The notes below the pieces were generated by a model. The model saw nothing but the letters and a program-made list of their open reading frames with translations, was not told where the DNA came from and did not search any database. The position numbers and the translations under genes were made by a program. Below, in pieces: positions 10,801 through 18,635 of a stretch of 56,826 nucleotides of DNA. This DNA comes from a virus (lineage: Duplodnaviria > Caudoviricetes). Location: IMG/VR virus record IMGVR_UViG_3300036770_001578, positions 1-56,826 of that record; one strand, 5' to 3'. Position 1 is the first letter of the stretch. Each line of letters opens with the position of its first letter.

Positions 10801-13800
10801 AACGACATCCGGTATTCGTTAGCACTGGCAGGTATCAACCCTCAGTCCTCTCTGGTTCCTGATGAGGGTGGTGACTCCCTTGGTCGTCTTGGAATGCAGC
10901 CACAAAAGCTTGGCGGCAGGCCTATCAATCTTCTGATCGGTACCCACAATGATCTGATCGATGAGCTTAAGAACGAGAAGATGTACCGCCCCGTTTCTTA
11001 TGGTGCTAACCATATCCTGAATCGTGTCTTGAATAACCCCAGGAGAGATCCAGGTGGTGCTCAAGAGCTTCTGGAAAGGATTGTCCGTAAGGCACAGCAG
11101 ATTGCTCGTAACTACAGCAGGGTCTACAAAGAGGGCAACAAGCTGATCTTCTTTGCTGGTAACGACAGTCTTATCACTATGGAAGATGGCTCTATCGTCA
11201 CCATGTACAGGCAGTTCGATCCAGAGCGTAAGTATGGGAATCCGATCTGGTTTGGCAGAGCGCCTGCTGTTACCGATTCCAAACCTCCCAAAGGGTTACC
11301 TGTTCGTGAACGGGATGGTCTTGTCTCTCCGAAAGATGTTGAGACCGCAGAGAAGGTCAAGCGCGTTTACACACCCATGGATGTGGAAGCGCTATCAGCA
11401 GCTTATGTGGAACCCAAGAAGGGAACCCTGGGGCTGAAGAAGGTCTCTGCTCTTGAACCCACTAGAAAAGAAGTACCTTCTCTCAACAATAAATTGTCTC
11501 TTCGTGTTTCGTACGCAAAGGTCAACAAGTTCTTTGATGACCAAGAAAAAATCCCTATGTCTGAAGACGTTGAAACCATTCGGGATAGTTGGATTGGCGG
11601 TGTTTCAGGGGTTGGAGAGAGAGACCTTGCCTACTACTTGAATCAAGTGAATGGTGGACCTCAGTACGTCCAGCAAGTCCAAAACTTGGTTCGTCGAGAT
11701 CTTGGCAATTCGTTTAAGGGCTACCGCTTAATGAGCCAGGAGGAAGTGGAAGAACTTCAGACTGGAGCGATGGGTTCACAACTAGCCTCTGTCAGCCTTG
11801 TTCCTGAGACTGCCCTTGCGCTTGCAAGCATCCCTCAGTACGCCAGAAGGCCAAAAGGTGATCTGGTAGTGGTAGAACTTGACCTAACACCAGAGCATGT
11901 CCAGATGGTTGGTCACCCTCCTGAGCGGGAACTTGTCATTGACTACGGGGTTGGATACAACCCAACCGCCATTGAACCAATGATCTCGCCTGTCAGATTC
12001 TCTTTGAGAGAATTTAGTCTTGATGATTTGCCACAAGACACTGATCGTGCTGTTTACACGCTACCTGCTGGAACCAAGTTGTACCACGGCTCCAACAAAG
12101 ACACTGCCGCTGAAATCAAAAAGGCTGGTCATGTTTTACTGGCTGCTCCTCCGTATAAATCAAGCGGTGGATACAACACAGAAGGCTACCTTGTTTGGTT
12201 TGGCGACAAAGAGACCGCAGATTTCTTTGCGACAGGTCCGGAAGGACAGGCTCGTGAAGATCAAAAAGAACCGGGAGAGGTTTTTGAAACAGTTACCGAT
12301 GAACCGCTAAAACTTATTCATTCAACCCAATACAAACTAGATGCTGATCAGGCAAAGAAAATAAATGATTTTTATGAGATGCCAGATTACAAATTATTTA
12401 AAGCGGGTGACTCACTTAGTTCAGTTAGTTGGAGAGTAACCTCAAATACCAATGCACTGAGAAAAGCAAAAAGTTACAGGGCCGAAGGCGCAGGAACACT
12501 GTACTCAGTCCTCAAGGACGTTGCACGACTTCTTGGGTTTGATGGTTACTACTACGACAATGGCATAGCACTTCCAGCAGAAAAAGGTATCTCGCTTGGT
12601 CTAACAGAGGCAGGTGAGTTTGTTGGGAAGCCAATGCAAAGGTTTTCTTTGCGCGAAAGCATTGACCCTACTGTCGTCAATGCTATCGATCGGACGACGA
12701 CTACCCGTAAAGAGGAGGGGTTTGGTGACCGGATGGCAGAGGCTATCTCTCCTACAGGGTTCACTAAGTTCCGTCAGGGGTTCATCAACAAGTACGAGAG
12801 GATTGCTCAGATCTCTAGGACGGTAGCCAAGAAGTTTGGTGACCAAGAGCTACTAGCAGACCAATCAGCGATCGCAGCGGCATTGATGTCTGACCGTGCA
12901 TCTGGGGTAGCAGCAGAAGCCTTCAAGAGAGGCATCCCGGTCTATGACAAGGGGTACACCTATGTCACCGACATGGAAGGCCAGCAGAAGGGCCTTATGC
13001 AGATCCTGATGCCATTGGCAGAGAGGGGAGATCCCTTCGTCTATCAGGCATTCCAGTTCTACGCCGCCTCCAAGAGAGGCAAAAGGCTGGATGCCGAAGG
13101 CCGCGAAAGACTCTTCACCCCAGATGACATGAAGAAGGCGGCATTGCTGGAGCGTGAGTTCCCTGAGTTCAAACAGGTCTTTGATGATTACCAGAAGTTC
13201 AACAAGGGTCTGGTGGATTACATGAAGGACACCGGTGTCATTGACGCTGAAATGGCTCGGAAGTGGACAGAGAACTGGGACTACATCCCCTTTTATCGTC
13301 AGCTTGACGGTGAGAGGACTGCAGGCCCGAACATCTTCCAGTCCATCGCGGGGGTAGCTCTGCCCAAGAAACTCAAGGGCGGAGAGGCTCCTCTGGCTGA
13401 CTTCCTTGAGACCATCACCAGAAACACCAGGGCGGCAATCGAGGCTGGCATGAAGAATGTGGCAGCTAACCGAGTCGTCCGTGACATGAAGCGTTTAAAC
13501 GATCCAGGCGGTACAGCGCCAATGATCGAGGAAATCAAGCCTGGACAAAGACTCGGACCTGATTCGATAACAGTCCGGGAGAATGGAAAGACCAAGAACT
13601 ACCGGGTAGCAGACCCTCTCTTGATCGAGTCCTTGAAGGGTTTAAATATCCCTCAGCTTCCGTTCCTGGAGGTTCTGGCAAAGCCTGCACAGGTCTTGCG
13701 TGAACTGGTAACCAAAGATCCTGGATTCATGATGGCTAACCTCCTGCGAGATTCCTTGCAGGCATGGGGTATTGGTAACCAGATATTCCCTGTGGTGGAT

Positions 13801-15183
13801 ACCTTCAAGCAGTACGCGAAGGTTCTGGCAAACATGTCCCCTGAGGCCCAGAAGCTTATGAGGGCTGGTATCGGTACCGGTTACGAGTTTAAGGGAGATG
13901 TTCAGGCCACAACCGAAGAGTTTGCAAGACAGCTTCGGATAGCGGCAGGACAAAGAACCGGAGGAGAAAAGGCAGCACTTCCGCTAACCAAGGCATGGGA
14001 TCTCTTAGACCAAGCCTCTACAGCTTCTGACTTAGCTACCCGTGCTGAGGTGTTTAAACGCACCATGGAGGAAACCAACGGGAACGAGGCTGAAGCTGTC
14101 TTCCAAGCTATGGAGGTGATGAACTTCTCCCGTAAGGGCTCTAACCCAATCATCCAGATTGCTGCTGCCGCTATACCGTTCCTAAACGCCCGTATTCAGG
14201 GCTTGGACGTCCTCTACCGGGCTGGGACAGGGCAACTATCAGCCCGTAACGCTGCAGCCCGTCAGAAGGCCTTCTTCGTTCGTGGTATGACCATGATGGC
14301 TCTCTCCTCTCTGTACTGGATGCTGGCATCTGAGACAGAGGAATGGCAGACCGCAGAGCAAGAGACCAGAGATAACAACTGGATCATCGGGCCTGTCAGG
14401 ATTCCTATCCCGTTTGAACTGGGCGTGATCTTCAAGGTAGCACCTGAGAGAATCCTGGAGTACACCTTCGGGGATGACACGACCAAGGACCTGAAGATGT
14501 CCTTTGTCAGGAACCTCACCTCGACCTTGGCTGTGAACCCCATTCCTCAGGCAATCCTGCCGATCGTTGAGAATGTTGCTAACTACAGCTTCTTTACCGG
14601 TCAACCCATTGTCGGAAGGGGGCTTGAGGATGTCTCTAAACCTTTCCAGGTCAATACCGGAACCTCCCTCTTTGCTTCTAAGGCAGGGGAGTCTTTGGGT
14701 CTCTCCCCGGTTCAGATTGATAACCTGATTCGTGGATACACAGGAACTCTGGGAGGTTATGCTGTCATGGCCTTAGATGCTGTCATGAGAGGCCAGGGAG
14801 ATCCAACCAAGGCCACCATGGGGGCTGAACAGCTACCGGTAATAAAGCGGTTCTTTGCTTCCCCTGAAAGCACCGGAACTGTGACCCAGTTCTATGAACT
14901 GAAGAACAAGCTTGATGAGACCACCAGGACAATCAACTTCCTGGAAAGGGCCGGTAAGTTTGACCAGATGGCGGAGTACATGAAGGAGAACGCCATGATG
15001 GTCTCCATGACCCCCTACATTCGAACCCTGGAGAAAGAGATGAATATGCTCAGGGATACCAAGAGGGTGGTTAACAATTCCCAGATGGAGCCTGATCAGA
15101 AGCGGGAGGTTCTGGATGCGATTCGTTCTGCTGAGGTGAACCTGACTCGGAATATCCAATCAGTAAGGAAGCTTGTTGATTAG
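4882..15183 (+). CDS. large polyvalent virion protein (zincin, HhH-like, ART-like x4, PBECR-like, LPD38-like)
   Basis: 3433 aa; HESIH zincin (7546-7560); WYE...AITS...TIDLHMSR...QVQAASWV; FKQWFG...PKVMYHGT...YDPNQIKSA; YGANHI; LYHGS; C-terminal RDNNWII...RIPIPFELGVIFK. Confidence 0.85.
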   Translation: MAYSLTLPNGAVINNIPDNISRNQAMDMLKEKMPDAFPQPPGVLSQLVRSPIEIGKGFIRGLTTDPLSGISSLAYTGARAAGAELTPFEQTAFGRGLGEAQTALAPSDTGMITQLAGGLGSLASFIPGGLLKGGIRLATLGTQAAGLGSEEARARAEQARLEGKEVTPEQQFISQVGGTGIGLTELAPVANLIRPIEAVLRGVKRSDADAIAPGLFNSARRILETGGIEAFQEGMANIMQDLVQKGVYDPNLEVGESALGDAAMGGAVGSFAQGAIELVTRGKRRDIYERLKAQEREQELQDRLARLQSEEQEQIARTKANLGVPEETLLALPAPAAPVIDAPTQDPLANPLGNFSIDELTTGISDFINAKRKRDGQSILDSFSIEDIADAGAPQAEIDRIIAGKLSQQGVNVEEGLAQNPSEQDVRNLAESKGISTDTPGYRHFLSRTTGVEDYGSMSPMQRLAAFTSLQNVEEGGILPLGTNAKRFTEQQYDKVKTSIPDLFKDSDTLSPTSVVEKVKKMTGLKSDRDARSLLDTAIRNGELSTAATPVYEVIKDGVILRKYNTRKAAAEAADRLNATIRNSTVTEFALPGTLKELPGGPDIRAGRFEAGVEPAGFDIKDATGKTLGGAATQAEAEAKATRFAATRQGEANRLQEEIQKIKEGVAGTQQRLEAMEATGQAGTVGFTKLQADAFAQAKEAQRKIEELSAQQAALAEPLSINSKGTRPVSREGYTFFQDGQPRGTFPTKEAAEEAAIQSYDDSFLERIANSGDQQRGLMPKRLAAMARNELARRRGELPQGFGIQYTGTPEEAEAKLSQAGVFTAKTQEQIRELEKKLLPAMKKLGLENVGLRIIKAIESGQGSADGFYASRLITIALDAVDPMGTLRHESIHALKNLGAFKPNEWKVLEKKAKEEWIDRFLKDRFTAQGVSLFDAYKAIYEQDNGSLAGFDEYITEEAIADAFKYFNQTKPPAGLIANLMYRLKRFFSALENAFKGLGFQTAEDVFTRTEEGRLQAISPATQSGAGKFGLRADQSATMESTGDKTPLSIDGIRIYERELQGLIKKVGDRIAGMDSTKTLEDVRKAVKKLQSYTKQGLEGKEWYERSAQAVLEAFNGDPILAEKFFQVIAITSANTEVAANFTKASNAWEQFATGRPIKAGTKRENDAIDDLLNFGLDWDGRKTNTFYINLMEAMEGTDTGRSTIDLHMSRMLFDRDSPTDAQYQLGENMVRLLASKIGIPARQVQAASWVTQKAKKMFDDYRERGLKRNMSDEELRNHAFQRALMDYAHLSKSKGFSPTVTPELLEPSASKRARTQVVTGEVIPTTKGFMSQVAELPMNIKEKLTKNIMNESFIQDIGKALGLTSKIRVAQGTGGYDGGISPNLIVRLINPDPAVAVQEARDLSDAMSYVFQQDATPFFRADPALLGQGQLGYRFRFGRAELTPTQERKIFAAMREEVGNDVGYSKTKDNDIVVINYRGEDGNPFLTDDNSFADAMNRFREKADQIVPIEDASVFGAESEYRYNEWNEPTTGQSIIDGLQGRRPERPNLSGQLTGLRDAFVKQARSAVRESGGTPRFQLRSSEFVGGPGPDGGLVLGTKQPGAKSFTGIHYGKQQVNTLAGSRYGTGIKGQEAARLAESKDPRIKKRVYFYIPFPQGMMPPVEAGLGNYVYRQRFGNILPPGDEMTRLYNASEGDYNRFESSVIDAGYDGYAVPNMGMMVIMNHDVPVDYLGTRQELKGTVNLLGNQYSLRAVNTPEFKQWFGSSTITNPDGSPKVMYHGTARDIETFKPKQANAIFVTNTPKFAGFFTDNSEIFMAKELYASLSDKEKDSITSKAKKIAKKEGTNIDDELMSLLRDQLPTRANIMPLYVRAEKPFDYENPDHVSTVQNAFKTSTFYTNLTKNQRPFYDRIYDRLEDGDWSDIENSSVQKIIRDLGFDSFYVREGYQKNLAVYDPNQIKSAVGNFGAFSRTNNDIRYSLALAGINPQSSLVPDEGGDSLGRLGMQPQKLGGRPINLLIGTHNDLIDELKNEKMYRPVSYGANHILNRVLNNPRRDPGGAQELLERIVRKAQQIARNYSRVYKEGNKLIFFAGNDSLITMEDGSIVTMYRQFDPERKYGNPIWFGRAPAVTDSKPPKGLPVRERDGLVSPKDVETAEKVKRVYTPMDVEALSAAYVEPKKGTLGLKKVSALEPTRKEVPSLNNKLSLRVSYAKVNKFFDDQEKIPMSEDVETIRDSWIGGVSGVGERDLAYYLNQVNGGPQYVQQVQNLVRRDLGNSFKGYRLMSQEEVEELQTGAMGSQLASVSLVPETALALASIPQYARRPKGDLVVVELDLTPEHVQMVGHPPERELVIDYGVGYNPTAIEPMISPVRFSLREFSLDDLPQDTDRAVYTLPAGTKLYHGSNKDTAAEIKKAGHVLLAAPPYKSSGGYNTEGYLVWFGDKETADFFATGPEGQAREDQKEPGEVFETVTDEPLKLIHSTQYKLDADQAKKINDFYEMPDYKLFKAGDSLSSVSWRVTSNTNALRKAKSYRAEGAGTLYSVLKDVARLLGFDGYYYDNGIALPAEKGISLGLTEAGEFVGKPMQRFSLRESIDPTVVNAIDRTTTTRKEEGFGDRMAEAISPTGFTKFRQGFINKYERIAQISRTVAKKFGDQELLADQSAIAAALMSDRASGVAAEAFKRGIPVYDKGYTYVTDMEGQQKGLMQILMPLAERGDPFVYQAFQFYAASKRGKRLDAEGRERLFTPDDMKKAALLEREFPEFKQVFDDYQKFNKGLVDYMKDTGVIDAEMARKWTENWDYIPFYRQLDGERTAGPNIFQSIAGVALPKKLKGGEAPLADFLETITRNTRAAIEAGMKNVAANRVVRDMKRLNDPGGTAPMIEEIKPGQRLGPDSITVRENGKTKNYRVADPLLIESLKGLNIPQLPFLEVLAKPAQVLRELVTKDPGFMMANLLRDSLQAWGIGNQIFPVVDTFKQYAKVLANMSPEAQKLMRAGIGTGYEFKGDVQATTEEFARQLRIAAGQRTGGEKAALPLTKAWDLLDQASTASDLATRAEVFKRTMEETNGNEAEAVFQAMEVMNFSRKGSNPIIQIAAAAIPFLNARIQGLDVLYRAGTGQLSARNAAARQKAFFVRGMTMMALSSLYWMLASETEEWQTAEQETRDNNWIIGPVRIPIPFELGVIFKVAPERILEYTFGDDTTKDLKMSFVRNLTSTLAVNPIPQAILPIVENVANYSFFTGQPIVGRGLEDVSKPFQVNTGTSLFASKAGESLGLSPVQIDNLIRGYTGTLGGYAVMALDAVMRGQGDPTKATMGAEQLPVIKRFFASPESTGTVTQFYELKNKLDETTRTINFLERAGKFDQMAEYMKENAMMVSMTPYIRTLEKEMNMLRDTKRVVNNSQMEPDQKREVLDAIRSAEVNLTRNIQSVRKLVD

Positions 15184-15454
15184 CTAGCTCCTTGACCTGC
15201 TCAAAGAGATCCCATTCATTTCCGTACCTCTTTTCAAACTCCTTCTTCCAGGGGTGCCTAGAGACGCATTCCGGGGTGTTTAGACCAGACCTGTGGTGCT
15301 CCGGGCAGAGGGGGATGGTATGAAAGTCATCCACCCGGCGGTTGCCGTTCTTGTGGATGTGATGGATATCAGCAGGGGTTCTAACCCCATACAGGTTCCA
15401 GCAGACAATGCATCCGATGTCCTGCAGAACCCTAAACCACCTCTCCCTCTTCAT
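15071..15454 (-). CDS. Ref-like (recombination enhancement) HNH nuclease
   Basis: GCIVC...ADIHHI...TIPLCPEHHR...FEKRYGNEWDL pattern. Confidence 0.75.
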   Translation of the reverse strand: MKRERWFRVLQDIGCIVCWNLYGVRTPADIHHIHKNGNRRVDDFHTIPLCPEHHRSGLNTPECVSRHPWKKEFEKRYGNEWDLFEQVKELANQQASLLIGYSESGSPQQNESHPEPPASDQAPSGNC

Positions 15455-16254
15455 ACCCTTAAATGCTCGACCGCCTGCTTGCAGAACTCTGGGGAGAACT
15501 TCGCATAGACCCTCTCAGTGATCTGAGAGTTCCTATGTCCCAGAATCCTAGCAATCTGGGTCATTGGGACATTTTTCTGGGCCAGATGGGTAGCAACTGT
15601 GTGTCTTAGGATATGGGGGGTGATATCTAATCCAGTGGATTTCATCAGCTTTGCCCAATCAGAGCGGAAGTCATAGACCCTCTTTCCGCCCCGGTGGATC
15701 ACCCAGGGAGAGTCCTGCTCTAAGCCCTCTAGGAGGGTTCTGAGGGCCTCCGACATGGGGACGGTACCTCTACCCTTCCTACGGCTTGCAAAGGGCATAG
15801 AGGGGTCATTGAAGTCCACCAGACCGGTATTGAAGTCCACCTGCTCCCACTTGAGAGACAGAATTGCCTCCTTCCTCTGACCGGTCATCATTGCTATCCG
15901 AATGAATAGATCTACCTCAGGGAATTCTACTGAATGTTTTAACAGTAGTTCTACCTCTTGGTGGGTTAGGAACTTGGATCTCGGTGGTGGAGAAGGAAGC
16001 TTCTGGATGATGGGAAGGAAGTCCGTCATGCCATGTTTAAACGCATACCTCAGGGCGGATTGGAGCACCCCCAGTTCCCGGTTGATGGTTCCTGGGGATG
16101 CCTTCCGATAAGAGATGTACTTCGGGACATATCGAGCCACATCCCTCAGTTCGCATTTAAACCCTCTCTCCAGTTGCTTCATGGCAAAGATAGCCCTCTC
16201 GTAAGAGGGCGTCTGCCTGAGGTGCTTCTCGTAGAAGGAAAAGATCTCTTTCAT
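15451..16254 (-). CDS. tyrosine recombinase/integrase without arm-binding domain
   Basis: TGQRKEAILSLKW, HILRHT, LGHRNSQITERVY catalytic motifs; start placed at ATG 16254, overlapping upstream stop (ATGA). Confidence 0.9.
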   Translation of the reverse strand: MKEIFSFYEKHLRQTPSYERAIFAMKQLERGFKCELRDVARYVPKYISYRKASPGTINRELGVLQSALRYAFKHGMTDFLPIIQKLPSPPPRSKFLTHQEVELLLKHSVEFPEVDLFIRIAMMTGQRKEAILSLKWEQVDFNTGLVDFNDPSMPFASRRKGRGTVPMSEALRTLLEGLEQDSPWVIHRGGKRVYDFRSDWAKLMKSTGLDITPHILRHTVATHLAQKNVPMTQIARILGHRNSQITERVYAKFSPEFCKQAVEHLRV

Positions 16255-16451
16255 AGATTGTCTTTGGAAAACTTCTCTGACCACATGATGATCTTGATCG
16301 AAGCCCGATTGATGTCCATCGACATCTTCTGGACATACTCGGCTTCCTCTTTGGTAAGGGTAGCCTGACCGCAGAGGTGCTGAAGCTTTGCAAGGTTTCC
16401 TTTGATCACCTCGACAGACTCTGCGGGGTCAAACACAATCTCTATGTTCAT
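16251..16451 (-). CDS. hypothetical protein
   Basis: 66 aa, ATGA-coupled on both sides. Confidence 0.6.
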   Translation of the reverse strand: MNIEIVFDPAESVEVIKGNLAKLQHLCGQATLTKEEAEYVQKMSMDINRASIKIIMWSEKFSKDNL

Positions 16452-16792
16452 TGGGATACCTCAATGAGTTTGTCCAGGTAGTGACGGGCCTTCTTCAGAT
16501 CCTCAATCCCGTTCTTGTCTTTCCAGCGGCTGACATACTTGATGACATTGCCTTCCATGTACCCGATCTTATTAGCGATGATGTAGTCCCAGGTCTGGAT
16601 AGGCATCTCTTTGTAATGACGACCACCCTCCTGGATCTCGTTTGCTGGCACAGAATCTTGCTTAGGTGACTTCCGTAGCTTATAGACGGTAGCAATAGAG
16701 ACTTTAGCTTTCTTGGCAATCTCTCTGGCTGACAGTTCCGGGTTGTTCTCAATCAAAGCAATAAGACGGTTACGTTTGGTTGCACGGTTCAT
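16448..16792 (-). CDS. HTH + DUF3310 (SaV / T7 gp1.7-like) protein
   Basis: N-terminal LSAREIAKKAKVSIATVYKL HTH; QEGGRHYK...EGNVIKYVSRWKDKNGIEDLKKARHYLDKLIE. Confidence 0.8.
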   Translation of the reverse strand: MNRATKRNRLIALIENNPELSAREIAKKAKVSIATVYKLRKSPKQDSVPANEIQEGGRHYKEMPIQTWDYIIANKIGYMEGNVIKYVSRWKDKNGIEDLKKARHYLDKLIEVSQ

Positions 16793-17034
16793 TTTAAGTT
16801 CTCCTGAATAGGTTGTTTGTTAGCCCAGATTGTTAAACATGCTTGCTCTAAGTCCCAAGATACTGGGTTTAAACGTAGAGCATCCTTCAGACCTTGGTTG
16901 TAAGCGTCAATGATGTTTTGTGGAATGATGTCTTCTTTAGGGTCTGCTCTCATCTTTGACATGCCAATAGCAATCAAGGATGTAAGGACTACCCCTACAA
17001 GAACACCGCCAAACCATTTAGTGTTGTCTTCCAT
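16789..17034 (-). CDS. membrane-anchored hypothetical protein
   Basis: WFGGVLVGVVLTSLIAIGM transmembrane segment; GGAGG RBS before ATG 17034. Confidence 0.6.
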   Translation of the reverse strand: MEDNTKWFGGVLVGVVLTSLIAIGMSKMRADPKEDIIPQNIIDAYNQGLKDALRLNPVSWDLEQACLTIWANKQPIQENLK

Positions 17035-17248
17035 CTTTTTTAGCCTCCTCAAACTCTCTATCTAAAGTATCAGCAAAATAAGACAAGAAATGTTTCTTAT
17101 CGTGTTCAGAGTCAGCAACCACCTGACATAGCAATCCAGTTAACGCCGGGATCAGGTTGTCATGGTTTTCGTCTTGAATGATTTCAGATATTTTGTCGTA
17201 GAGATACCGATACCTCTCGACACTCGGCCCCTTCTTTTCGTCTGTCAT
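17018..17248 (-). CDS. hypothetical protein
   Basis: 76 aa with AGGAAGAG RBS in co-directional operon. Confidence 0.6.
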   Translation of the reverse strand: MTDEKKGPSVERYRYLYDKISEIIQDENHDNLIPALTGLLCQVVADSEHDKKHFLSYFADTLDREFEEAKKDGRQH

Positions 17249-17453
17249 TTCTCTTCCTTTCTGGTTTTATATCTGTAACTACCTTTAAAAACTGAGCCAT
17301 AGAGCAGCTATAGATCCTGTCACTGCCGTTTGAAAAAAACACCTTACCAAGGAATATCTTTACTATCCTCCTGTGACTGAACCTCGTCTTGCTGGTTAGT
17401 TTCTTCGGGTAGTACGTCTTTCCCTCTACTATCTGTAACGGCTCTCTCTTCAT
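17184..17453 (-). CDS. hypothetical protein
   Basis: GGAG RBS before ATG 17453; overlaps both neighbours, so boundaries are uncertain. Confidence 0.45.
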   Translation of the reverse strand: MKREPLQIVEGKTYYPKKLTSKTRFSHRRIVKIFLGKVFFSNGSDRIYSCSMAQFLKVVTDIKPERKRNDRRKEGAECREVSVSLRQNI

Positions 17454-17763
17454 GACGAATCTCCGCTTGAATGGATTCACAGACAAGCTCCCCGAAAGAT
17501 CTTCCTGATGGGAACATCATTTGGGCACCTGGATTGTTCATAGTGATTTCCATAGCTCTCTTTAGGCCAGCATTGAAACCCTTGTTAAAGGGATCGTTTA
17601 AACCAGCCATCTTTGCCTGCAGTGCTTCTCTTGCTATCTGACTTACTGTGGATCTCCTGGACTTCGCAAAGGTTTTGATCTTTGAGATTTCCTTCGGAGA
17701 GACATAGATCATCAGTGGTGTGACGTTTTTAAAACGGGAGGTCTTTGAATTTCCACTCTTCAT
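17344..17763 (-). CDS. ribbon-helix-helix-like DNA-binding protein
   Basis: LMIYVSPKEISKIKTFAKSRRSTVSQIAREAL fits a beta-alpha-alpha RHH pattern. Confidence 0.55.
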   Translation of the reverse strand: MKSGNSKTSRFKNVTPLMIYVSPKEISKIKTFAKSRRSTVSQIAREALQAKMAGLNDPFNKGFNAGLKRAMEITMNNPGAQMMFPSGRSFGELVCESIQAEIRHEERAVTDSRGKDVLPEETNQQDEVQSQEDSKDIPW

Positions 17764-18151
17764 ATTCTTTCACCATGTTGTCGAAGGTTTCTTGTGCTTC
17801 CTTATTGCCATTGAGTTCTGTCCTGGAGTCGATTCCACAGAGTTCGCATAAGGCATCTGCTGATCTCTTTTCAAGCTCCTTGGCATCGAGAGTGTCAAGA
17901 CCCTCTAGCTGTTGCCATTCCCAGAAGCTTGAGTTCCTGCACAACATCCCAGCTTTCTTGACTCTGTTCTCGTAGACCTGAGCGTTCTCATCATCGTTTA
18001 CACGTGCCATGCCAACCATGTAACGAGCCCCGACAAAGTCCCGAAGAAGCTCTTCGGGAATCTGGTCTGGATGAATCCTCAGGGTCAGAACATATCCGGT
18101 AGCGTCTTGCTTAAGTGCTACCTTCGATGCCTCAAATCCCAGTGCATTCAT
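17729..18151 (-). CDS. conserved phage hypothetical protein
   Basis: 140 aa, CGIDSRTELNGN motif, in operon. Confidence 0.65.
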   Translation of the reverse strand: MNALGFEASKVALKQDATGYVLTLRIHPDQIPEELLRDFVGARYMVGMARVNDDENAQVYENRVKKAGMLCRNSSFWEWQQLEGLDTLDAKELEKRSADALCELCGIDSRTELNGNKEAQETFDNMVKEYEEWKFKDLPF

Positions 18152-18336
18152 GTCATCGAGTCCTTTAGTCCAAGTTGGTTTTCAAGGTAAGAGATCACAG
18201 CCCGGTAACCGATCTCCTTTTTTTTCAAAGATTCAGCTTCTTCAATCCAGGTTTGAATGATTTGGTTCAGATCATCTATCTCTTCTTGTAAATCTTTAAT
18301 GTCTTTGGTTGTTGGTTTCTGTATTTTCTTTTTCAT
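18148..18336 (-). CDS. coiled-coil hypothetical protein
   Basis: 62 aa with GAGG RBS, ATGA-coupled to downstream gene. Confidence 0.6.
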   Translation of the reverse strand: MKKKIQKPTTKDIKDLQEEIDDLNQIIQTWIEEAESLKKKEIGYRAVISYLENQLGLKDSMT

Positions 18337-18344
18337 GGCTCACC

Positions 18345-18605
18345 TCAAAAAGGGATGTCAGCGTCAGGATCGGAATGTCTCTCTTGCCTCTCTTCTTTCT
18401 TGTAGTTATCAACCGCGAGAGCCAGAAAGGTCTTGCCATTCTTGGAGGTCTTCTTCCAACCGCCGATCTTGAACTCCACATGACCATCAACGATCTGCAC
18501 TGTAGATAGGTCTAGGTAAAAACTCCCCACATAATCCGGAGCCTTGGAGCTCTTCTTTGCAAGGGCAGCAAACAAAACACCTGAGTTTGGATATTTCTTG
18601 TCCAT
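18345..18605 (-). CDS. putative ssDNA-binding protein (DUF736-like)
   Basis: NSGVLF...KAPDYVG...GWKKTSKNGKTFL plus acidic DADIPF C-terminus typical of SSBs. Confidence 0.6.
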   Translation of the reverse strand: MDKKYPNSGVLFAALAKKSSKAPDYVGSFYLDLSTVQIVDGHVEFKIGGWKKTSKNGKTFLALAVDNYKKEERQERHSDPDADIPF

Positions 18606-18635
18606 GATTTTTCCTTTGTTGGTAATTAAAGATGT

